From Lama guanicoe (lineage: Eukaryota): a DNA stretch of 64,000 nt. The notes under the pieces were generated by a model, which searched no databases, was not told where the DNA came from, and was given only the letters and a program-made list of their open reading frames with translations. Every line of letters starts with the position of its first letter. The first letter of the stretch is position 1. The DNA is taken from assembly GCA_013239625.1 (NCBI GenBank), contig MU056000.1, forward strand, positions 992,001 through 1,056,000. The letters run 5' to 3'. The position numbers were made by a program, and so were the translations under genes. Below, piece after piece: positions 35,346-45,350 of this stretch.

Positions 35346-38300
35346 GAGTCAAAGAGCAGAAGGGTCCCGGCTGCCTCCCTGGTAATGAGGGGAGAAGACC
35401 CCCCACAGTGCCCCTCCCCCGCAGCCCCTCCCCCATGGCCCCCAGGGTCCCCTGTGACCACACAGGTCACTGGCAGGAGCTGCCTGTTCACCTGCTGGCG
35501 GGTGACGTCCGGGTCCCTCACGGGGGAAGCCAGACCCCGCCTTGGGCAGGCACCTGCCGCGCCTTGTCCTCTGGGGCCCATGATTGTCCTTTCCGGAGAC
35601 CCCTTGGTGCTTGGTTCTGCAGGGTCAGGAGATGCAGGAATCCGTGTGACTTAGCGTGAATCGGTGTGGACCAGGGGTGGGGGGGCTCTGTGGGCAGCAG
35701 CGGGGCTGTGGCCCGAGGCTCCCCTATCTCTGCTGTCCTCTGGGGCCCCTCTGTGCTCTGGCCCTTCTCAGGGGACAGCGGGCAGGAAGGGCAAAGATAA
35801 GGCCTCTCGGGGGTTATCTGCTGACCCCTGGAGAGGCTGAGAGGGAAGTGTTGTCATTCTGGGGCACAGGGGGCCCTGAGCCGCTGTCAGCGCCACCGCG
35901 GCCCCCCAGCCCCGCTGCCCTCTGAACACGGGTGCCTGAGTGAGTGAGCCCAACGGGCGGGCAGGGGGACAGGAGTGGGGAGCCCCAGCCGGAGCCCATG
36001 GAGGGATCAGTGTCCAAAATAAAGGTGATGACGGCAAGCCGCACTGCAGGCCACCCAGGGACGGCTCCTCCTTGGGCTTAAATCCGTGTTCTTCTGTTTT
36101 CCAGGAAACAGTAAGAATACTGGAAAGGCAGTTAGAAAAAACCGGCATGGCACTGGACCGAGGTTCTGCACTCATTTGTGTATAAACAGCCTCCTGCATG
36201 TGAAAGACTTTAAAAGCATCTCCATTTACCCACAGCAACACAGCCCCGCCTCATCCCAGAACCACCACGTGAAGGCGTCCTGCGAGGGGCAGAGAAGGAG
36301 CGGAGAGCGGGCGTTCCCCAGGGGTCACTGCTGTCCAGCTCCCTGTGGTCGGTTTACTAGCTGAGAGGAAGCTTCAGGACAAGTGTACTGCGCTAAGCAG
36401 CGCCCTTCCCAGTGGGCGGAGACGTCCACACTTAGCGACGCACGGAGGGGCCGCCGTGGGGTGGGGAGGTGTCTGCTGTCTAGCAGCCAAGGCAGCCCTG
36501 GAGCACCTGAAACGCGCTGTTTTAGCAAGCAGCCTGCACTTGTGTGGCACAACGAATCCTTGAAACCCCTCAACAATAAAAGTGACTTAATGCTGCTCGC
36601 TGGAATTATGGCTGGTTTTTATATCATTATAAAGGCACCTTGCCGAGATTTTATAAGGTACATTTGATTATTCACACCTTATACATGTGTTGCCGAAGTG
36701 AAACAGTTTTTCAGGGTGGAAGAGGTGTGATTTACAATCTTTTAAGCAGGGTTTGCTGGATTATAAATTCCATTCTAGCTTAAAAACTTATCAAAATAAT
36801 AAAAACCCTGATATCTAGATAGGCAAGCGAGGGGGGAAATGTATTCTTAACCAACATAAACCCATGAATTACGTTCTGTAAAGTCTGCTCAAGGAAATGA
36901 ACTCCAGAGAGCTGAGAAACGTGTCTGCCGCGTGTGCGAGAACGCGGAGCCCACCAACCCCCGCGACTGCACAGAAGCCTCCGCGCGAGCCCTTCGTCAG
37001 AGGAGCAGGAGAGATTGAAAATAAACCTGTGGTTTCTGTTAGGACGTGCGTGGGGGGAGGCGGCGGCGAAAGCCGGCGAGGGAAGGTCCAGAAGCGCCCA
37101 CAAGTGAAAGCAAACTGGACGGCGGCCGAGCCCGGGGCGCAGCACCCTGAAACCCTTGGCCTTTCTTCTCTGAAGGCGGCACGGGACAGTCAGAGCCACG
37201 TGCTCTGGGCATCCCGGCTTTGAGGGTGAGGTCGCAGTGGAAACTGGCACCCGAGAAGCTGCGTTAAGAGTTAAGCCTGGACTGGTCCAGCCTCTGACGC
37301 TGGGGCTCCCTCCATGGTGTCCGAGGGGCTGACTCTGGTGGCTGTGCTCTGAGGAGGGGCCGGGGTGGACCCAGCGGCTACGCTCGCATTACAGCTGAAG
37401 GCCACCCCCTCACACAGAGCACCGCCTTCTCTTCTGAGGCCACTTGTGAAATACGTTGTGTCCAGGAAGATGGACCTTCGGACCCTCCGATGTTTTCCTG
37501 GGTGTCCCTGGTCCTGGAGGGCTGAGTCGGGGCCAGTCTGGCCCGCAGTGACCACACCAGGCTCCCCAGTGCCCCCGGTAAGGCCCTTTTCGGCTCGGCC
37601 CAGCCCGATGTGGGATGCTGTCTGTGACCTGGGTCCCAGGGGTTGGACATGCTGCATGGGGAGAGTGAGGAGCTGTCACGAGGTCCATGGAGCTTCTGGG
37701 TTGGAGGGTCCACTTCGGGGTCTGTGGATTGGATGGCGCGATTCAGAGGAGTCTTGTTTTTCTCAGTGACTCAGAATAAGAAATGACTCAGCTGGATAAT
37801 TCGAGGTCAGACGTGGGAGCCAGAGCGGCAGAGCCACAGGCTTGGCCAGGAAGGCCCCCCACCCCGCTCCTGCCCCCGGCTGCCTGACCCCGCCCTGTGC
37901 CACCTTTGCTCTTTGAATAAACTGTTGATGGATTTAACCTGCGTCTGTTCACTTCCGCGTGATGAGACTTGGTGCTACAGCTGATGTGACGACTTCCCCG
38001 TTGCGGGGCTGTGGCCACACCGTGGGCGGTTTCTCTGGCTTTCGGTCCCAGAGGGGGTCTGTTTAAATGCCCTGAGCTGAGGTCTGGGTTTTGGGGCAGA
38101 GGGCCAGCAATTGGAGGGCTCTGCCGTGGGCTCTGGGCCTCGGGTCGCCTGCCCAGCTCAGGGGGCGGGGGTCCGAGAGGCAGTCTGCGGAGGGGCCCTG
38201 CGTGCAGCCGCGGGGGCTCGGGAGCGGCTTCCGGGAAGCGGCCTTGGGGGTCTGGGGCTCCTCCTCCGCTCGGGGCGGGTGTCGGTTTCCTGGCCGTGGA

Positions 38301-38386
38301 GCCGCTTCTTGTGCTGCGCTGACCTGGAGCCCGCGGCAGGGGGACGCTAAGGCAGCCCCCCAGCCCTCGTCTCCCCCCAGCCCCCA

Positions 38387-38473
38387 CCCCAGGAAGGAGG
38401 CTCAGCAGCAGGACCTTGGCCGGGGGTCCACGCCCAGCACCTTCCCGGGTGGTCCGCCTCGCCCGCCTCCCAG
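38387..38473 (+). repeat. direct duplication, copy A (partner 44428-44514)
   Basis: 87-bp ungapped hand alignment, 77/87 identical. Confidence 0.9.
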
Positions 38474-38544
38474 AGGGTGTTCCCTCTGCTCAGCGGGGGG
38501 AAATCCAGACTCGCACGTGACCTGTAGAACACGGCAATGTTGGA

Positions 38545-38880
38545 GCGGGTGATTACATGCACCAGGCCACACGACCACAACTGTGTGCAACCACATGTGT
38601 GTGATTACATGTGCACGACCACACATGCAATTGCATTGCATGATGATCTGCACACAATTACATGTATGTGCTGACACCTGTGGTCCCACCGGTGTGATGT
38701 CACAAGCATGACTGCATACACATGATCACGCGTGTAATTACAGCACACTGTCGCCTCACGGGGGTCATGTTAGTGTCTGCGCAGATTGCACGTATGTAAG
38801 TACACGCACGGTTACATTGCACGGTTACCCGCACATGACTGCGCACGTGCGATCACGTGTCTGGTCACATGGCACGCAGC
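38545..38880. repeat. degenerate CA/TG-rich tandem low-complexity region
   Basis: Recurring attacatg/cacatg/tgca/gatcacg words over about 330 bp. Confidence 0.65.
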
Positions 38881-39396
38881 TGCGGTGCTGTCCTGTGAGG
38901 AGACGTCCCCCTCGCTGGCTGTGAGGGAGCTCCAGGCACTGAAAGGACAGGGAACAGTCCCCTGTGTTCAGGCCCCACAGCCCAAGTGTCTGTGCGTGCA
39001 CACACACTCATGCGTGCTCACGCGTGCTCACTCGCACACGCACTCCCAGGGCTGCCCCATCTCAGCGGGACCTGGCCGAGCCCTGTCTGCAGATCTGAGT
39101 GTTCTGCCCTCGTGGCCTGGGAGCGGGCTCAGAGGGCAGGTGTCAAGTCTGTTCTAGAAGAAGGTGCTGGAGAGCAAAGGAGCAGGTCTGGGAAGGTCCA
39201 TGAGCAAAGAGGAACAGAGGTGAGTGCTTTCCGTGAACGGCTTTGGGGTGGGCACAGGCGTGGGCTGGGGGGCAGCATCTGACGTGCACCTGCTGGCCCA
39301 CGGCATCTGGACACGGCATGTCTTTGCCGTTTATTTTTCCTGAATAAGCGCTGTGTTCCGGTGGCCTTCTGGCGAGCCATTTCCACTCTTAGGCTG

Positions 39397-39909
39397 GTCA
39401 GTCAATGTCTCAAGGCCTCCCTACCTCCTGGGCAACGTGGGGGCCACGGTGATGCTGTGTACATCTGTCCCCCTCGCCCACTGCTGCTCTGTGGCCATGG
39501 CTCCCAGGCCTTGCTTCCCCAGCTGGGCTTCCAGGGCAGCCTGGCCGCCAGACTCCTCCTGAGCCGCCGGTCCACCTCGAGGGCGGCCCGGTGCTGAGGG
39601 GCTTACAGGGGATACGCCCTCATCAGCCCCGGGGGACACCTCCAGCCACACCCAGGTCAGAGCTGCCGCAGCAGGAAGTGTGTAGCAGAGGGGCCACCAG
39701 GACGCCAGGCCCTTCCCCTCCCCTGATCTTTCCGGGAGCCCCATTCTAGCAGTGAAACAGACAAGGCTCAAAGTAAAGTGGCCACACTGGCCGCAGGTGC
39801 AGACCACACACGTCCTGAGCGGCAGTGGACAGCGGGGTCAGATGTGGGCAGCATCACAGTGGTCCCCTCGGGTCCCTGGAGGTAGGGAGGCCTTGAGCCA
39901 TTGACAGAC
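39397..39909. repeat. inverted repeat: arms 39397-39489 and 39817-39909
   Basis: 93-bp ungapped reverse-complement hand alignment, 75/93 identical, with a 327-bp spacer. Confidence 0.9.
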
Positions 39910-40087
39910 TGGTACCCATTGGCGTGTTTGAGGCGTGTCTCCTCTGCATGTGGCACCGGAGGTCCTCTTTGCAGAGGTGTGTGCTGGGCGTCCACATGGG
40001 GTGTGTGCACTTTCTTGCCTGTGGGTATTGGGCAGCCACACTGGGCCCCTCACATGCTGAATTTATCAAGTGGTGTGCAGGGCCGGC

Positions 40088-40114
40088 CAGCCCCAGCCCC
40101 AGCCCCAGCCCCAG
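40088..40114. repeat. (CCCCAG)4 hexamer repeat; G-quadruplex motif on the minus strand
   Basis: cagccccagccccagccccagccccag. Confidence 0.85.
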
Positions 40115-41170
40115 ACAGCTCGAGTATTTATAGAGAGACTTGCCATATGGTTCCTTGGAGAGGGGCCTCCCACGGTGCATGTGTGCACACGCTTGCACAC
40201 ATGCACACACGTACACAAGCGTGTGCGTGCACACGCACACATGCACACCACCCCGTCGTCTGTGAGCCTGGTCTTCAACTCCTCGGCTCCCCTGGACTTT
40301 CGAACTCCGTGCAGAGCTGACGTGACGCTCCCGGAAGGCTCCTTCTGTCTGGACCTGCATTTCTTTGCTCGGTCACCCCCCGCCACCGACGTGCCTGCAG
40401 TGACAGCTGGAAGGCTGGGGAAGTGTTGGCGAAGTAACCTTTCCTCACCTTTCCCTGTCACGTCTGACCCCTGCCACTGTGGCATTTGGAAGCCCTCCCG
40501 GCTGCCACCAGCCCTGCTGCAGGATGTGAGCTGGCGGCTGCCAGGTGACACACGTCAGCGGCCGGAGGGAGCCTGACCTAGGAGGCACGCGCTGGGGGTA
40601 GTCCGTGAGCGGGAGGCGGCCCTCAGCAGCCATCTGGTGCATTCCAGAGGCTCTGGTGACCTGGAGGGGACAGGCGCCAGCCCTGCCCCCTCCAGGAGCC
40701 TGGAGAGCGAGACTGAGGCCGGAATATTCACCCACCAGCCAGCAGGGTGGTGGAATGTGGAGCAGCCCAAGGCTCTCCACAACGATGGGGACAGGAATGC
40801 GGGTCCCCCGCGGCGGTGGCAGGCGGCCTGTCAGGGCCTGCTGGCCTCTCCCCTCCCCTGCACCTGGCCCAGGTGTCTCCACCAGCCCAGAGGCCTGGGA
40901 ACAGCCCAGAACTTACCTCTTCGTGGCCTGCCGGGGCTGGGGCCTGACGTCCGCCCCCCAGGGAAGGGGCTGTGGGGGTGCCGTCCGTCAGCGGGAGGCC
41001 GAGGACGTCCTGGCTCTCGTGGTCTGAGTCCTGTGTTTCCTCCTGATGTTACCAGAATAACTGTTCTAAAGGACAGTGAAGATGACTCTCAGGTGGCTTC
41101 ACTTTAGGAAGAGCGAGATACTGGATCCTGTCAGGCCGACTCTCCTTTCCTGGTTTCTTTCTGTTTTTCT

Positions 41171-42977
41171 AAATCTAACCAAGGAGGTGAAAGAATTATA
41201 CACNNNNNNNNNNNNNNNNNNNNNNNNNNNNNNNNNNNNNNNNNNNNNNNNNNNNNNNNNNNNNNNNNNNNNNNNNNNNNNNNNNNNNNNNNNNNNNNNN
41301 NNNNNNNNNNNNNNNNNNNNNNNNNNNNNNNNNNNNNNNNNNNNNNNNNNNNNNNNNNNNNNATATTTCACAGAACTAGAACAAATCATAATAAAATTTA
41401 TATGGAACCATCAAAGACCTAGAATTGCTAAAGCATTACTGAAGAGAAAGAAAGAGGCTGGAGGAATAACTCTCCCAGACTTCAGACAATACTATAGAGC
41501 TACAGTCATCAAGACAGCATGGTATTGGTACCAAAACAGACATATGGACCAATGGAACAGAATAGAGAGCCCAGAAATGAACCCACAAACCTTTGGTCAA
41601 CTAATCTTCGACAAAGGAGGCAAGAATATACAATGGAATAAAGACAGTCTCTTCAGCAAATGGTGTTGGGAAAACTGGACAGCAGCATGTAAAACAATGA
41701 AGCTAGAACACACCCTTACACCATATACAAAAATCAACTCAAAATGGATTAAAGACTTAAACATAAGACAAGATACAATAAACCTCCTAGAGGAAAACAT
41801 AGGCAAAACATTATCTGACATACATTTCAAAAATTTTCTCCTAGAAGAAATAAAAGCAAGAATAAACAAATGGGACCTAATGAAACTTACAAGCTTCTGC
41901 AGAGCAAAGGAAACCAGAAATAAAACAAGAAGAAAACCTACGGAATGGGAGAAAATTTTTGCAAGTGAAACCGACAAAGGCTTGATCTCCAAAATATATA
42001 AGCAGCTCATACGACTCAATAAGAAAAAAATAAACAACCCAATCCAAAAATGGGCAGAAGACCTAAACAAGCAACTCTCCAAGGAAGACATACAAATGAT
42101 CAAAAAGCACATGAAAAAATGTTCAATATCACTAATTATCAGAGAAATGCAAATCAAAACTACAATGAGGTATCACCTCACACCAGTCAGAATGGCCNNN
42201 NNNNNNNNNNNNNNNNNNNNNNNNNNNNNNNNNNNNNNNNNNNNNNNNNNNNNNNNNNNNNNNNNNNNNNNNNNNNNNNNNNNNNNNNNNNNNNNNNNNN
42301 NNNNNNNNNNNNNNNNNNNNNNNNNNNNNNNNNNNNNCTTACCATATGACCCAGGAATCCCACTCCTGGGCTTGTACCCAGAAGGAAATCTACTTCAGGA
42401 NNNNNNNNNNNNNNNNNNNNNNNNNNNNNNNNNNNNNNNNNNNNNNNNNNNNNNNNNNNNNNNNNNNNNNNNNNNNNNNNNNNNNNNNNNNNNNNNNNNN
42501 NNNNNNNNNNNNNNNNNNNNNNNNNNNNNNNNNNNNNNNNNNNNNNNNNNNNNNNNNNNNNNNNNNNNNNNNNNNNNNNNNNNNNNNNNNNNTCTAAGTG
42601 AAGTAAGCCAGAAAGAGAAAGAAAAATACCATATGAGAATCTAAAAAACAAAAACAAACAAAACAAAGCATAAATACAGGACAGAAATAGACTCATGGAC
42701 AGAGAATACAGACTTGTGGTTACCGGGGGTGGGGGGTAGAGGGTGGGAAGGGATAGACTGGGATTTCAAAATTGTAGAATAGATAAACAAGATTACACTG
42801 TATAGCACAGGGAGATATACACAAAATGTTATGATAAATCACTGAGAAAAAAATGTGACAATGAGTGTGTATATGTCCATGAATGAGTGAAAAATTGTGC
42901 TGAACACTGGAATTTGACACAACACTGTAAAATGATTATGAATCAATAAAAAATGTAAAATAAATAAATAAATAAAT
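41171..42977 (+). mobile_element. young 5'-truncated LINE-1 (ORF2 C-terminal part, 3' UTR, (TAAA)n tail); contains three N gaps
   Basis: NLTKEVKELY...[13 protein letters not shown]...[23 protein letters not shown]...[19 protein letters not shown]...LSEVSQKEKEKYHM is L1 ORF2. No stops in the sequenced parts. AATAAA at 42945-42950. Gaps at 41204-41362, 42198-42337 and 42401-42591. Confidence 0.97.
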
Positions 42978-43394
42978 GAAGTAAGCCAGAAAGAGAAAGA
43001 AAAATGCCATATGACATCACTCATATGTGGAATCAAACAACAAAAGAAAGAAAAAAGAGGAAACTAATGAACTCATCTACAAAACAGAAACAAGACCCCC
43101 AGACATAGTAAACAATCTTACGGTTACCAGGGGAAAGGGGATGGGAAGGGACAAATCTGGGAGTTTGAGATCTGCAAATAGTAACCACTATATATAAAAA
43201 TAGATAAAAAACAAATCTCTTCTGTATAGCACAGGGAACTATATTCAATATCATGTGATAACCTTTAATGAAAAAGAATATGAATATATGTGTATATATG
43301 CATGACTGGGACATGATGCTGTACACCAGAAATTGACACATTGTAACTGACTATACTTCAATTAAAAAATAATAATAATCAAAAAAAAAACCAA
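42978..43394 (+). mobile_element. second, distinct LINE-1 3' end
   Basis: gaagtaagccagaaagagaaagaaaaat.ccatatgacatcactcatatgtggaatc...tgtatagcacagggaactatattcaata...ctgactatacttcaattaaaaaa plus an A-rich tail. Its 3' UTR differs from the upstream copy. Confidence 0.95.
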
Positions 43395-43399
43395 AAATG

Positions 43400-43830
43400 A
43401 ATGGACTATTTTTTAGGGCTGTTTCAGGCTTACAGAAAAATGAGCAGGAAGCAGGGCGAGCCTCCGTGTCCAGCCAGGCCCCGTCTCTCGTGCTCGGTCC
43501 TCCTGCACCCGCGGGTCATGCCTGTCACCACTGGTGGCCTGGGAGTGGACGTGACGAGTGACCGGAGTCCAGAGTTGACGTCAGGGTTCACTTTCCGTGG
43601 TGTGCATTCCATGGCTTGGACACTGAACGACACGTGTCCCCGCCACAGGATTATCCGGAGTTCTGTCCCCGCCCTGAAGCCCCCTGCTCCACCCGTCAGC
43701 CCTTGCCCCTCACAACCCCGACGACCCCAGCTTGGCCGCCTCCCATGTCCTGCCCTTGCTGGGCATGGTAGGGCTGGCCTCGTGCGCTCCGGAAGGGCAC
43801 GGAAGCTCCTGCATGGCTTTGATGTGTATC
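43400..43830 (-). mobile_element. ancient L1MC/MD-like 3' end
   Basis: gactattttttagggctgtttcaggcttacagaaaaatgagcagga...tcagggttcactttccgtggtgtgcattccatgg resembles an antisense old L1M 3' UTR, now strongly GC-shifted. Confidence 0.7.
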
Positions 43831-44427
43831 CCCTGCCTCTCGGGCTACCCAAGGCTGACTCGAGTCCCTGGCTGCCCACGGGGCCCTGCGCTCTTCCCGG
43901 GGCGGCGCCCACAGCCAGGCCAGCGGCCACCCGTCTTCCGCTCGGTGCCGGTGGCTCAGGGGCTCTTTCCGCTGTGTCGGCTGCAGGTGTTCCCCGGACG
44001 TGAACTCCGTTCCCCGCGTTCCCACGTCGAGCTCTGGCTCGTGGCACCGGGTGCAGCTCACTTATTCTCTCTTTAGTTCAATCAAGAAGAAGCTGACTCG
44101 GAGACTCAGGCTGAGCGGGGGCCCCGCCCTGCACCTGCGCACAGGGACACACGCTGACACCTCCGGAGGCAGGGGCGGGCCTCGCCCCGGGAGCCTGGCC
44201 GGGGTCGGTCTGGAAGATGAGTGCTGTCGGAGCAGTGAGGGGACTGTGTGCACTGTCCTGTCTCCCTGACCCCTCACATGAGGCTGAGGGGCATCTTCTT
44301 TCCCAGGGCCCCTGTCCTGGGCAGGGTCCCCTCTCTCCTGGGGGCTGGGAAAGCCGGTGTGGGGTTGGGACCCAGAGCCAGTGTGGGCCCAGGTCTGTTT
44401 CCTCGTCTCCCCACCATCCCCACACCG

Positions 44428-44514
44428 CCCCAGGTGGGAGGCTCAGTGGCAGGACCTTGGCCTGGGGTCCACGCCCAGCACCTTCCAGGATGGTCCACCT
44501 CCCCTGCCTCCCAG
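44428..44514 (+). repeat. direct duplication, copy B (partner 38387-38473)
   Basis: Same alignment as copy A. Copy B is followed directly by GTAAG. Confidence 0.9.
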
Positions 44515-45265
44515 GTAAGCAGGCATCACGTGTGCTCGGCTGCAGCCAGCTGGGGACCTGGGTGAACTGACCCGTGGGGATGATCCTTCTCACTCGCTCT
44601 TGGTGGGAGCTGGGCGGCCAGTCCCCACCCCTGGGCCTTGGCTCCCATGTGGTAGTGGCTCACGTGTCCCACAGCATGGCTGGCTTCAAGTCTGAACTCA
44701 CATCCTGGCCAGAAGGTAAGACTTAACTCTGGATGGCTTCGTCTCCCGGATTCTCAATGGCTGGGGCTCCTTCCCCAGGGAGCTGGAGATGCAGGTCAGG
44801 AGAGCCCATTCAGAGTGGCTGCCTGGGCCAGGGTGGGCGTGCTCGCAGCTCAGGGGGCTGGGATGGGGCTGGGCTGGACAGAGGATCAGGATGGCTCTCA
44901 GAAGGGGGAGTATGCAGGGCTTGAGGGGGAACAGCTTGTCCTCCAGCCCTGCCTGCAAACAGAGCCTGTTGTCCAGCCTCATTGTGGCCAGTGGGGGAAG
45001 TTTACACTCTCAGCACTGACCCCAGCGTGCAGACCCCTGTGCCTGCTGGGCAGAGGCAGAAAGAGAAGCGCTGTGTTCTCTGGTCTGGGGGCCTGCGGGG
45101 CCTGCAGGGGAGCCCATGGGGGAAGCCTGCCCATCCAGGATGGGGCTGCAGCTGGAGGCTGAGAGTCCAGGAAGAAAAACCAAGAAGGCTCCTTCTAGGC
45201 CTGACACTGACCCGGGGGCTCCAGTGATACAGAAACACAGGCACCAACCTGGGCTCGGAGCTGAC

Positions 45266-45350
45266 TGTGTATCAGTCAGCTTTGCTGTAAAACAAACACC
45301 CCCAAATCTCAAAGAGCAATTCTTGCCTTCCACCTGGGCAGCAGGCTGGC
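45266..45350 (-). mobile_element. old MLT1 LTR fragment
   Basis: tgtatcagtcagctttgctgtaaaacaaacacccccaaatctca. Confidence 0.5.

Noticed and set aside
41076-42644. 522-aa ORF as a host gene
   Set aside because: It is a truncated L1 ORF2 joined to flanking sequence, and frame continuity across the gaps is unverified.
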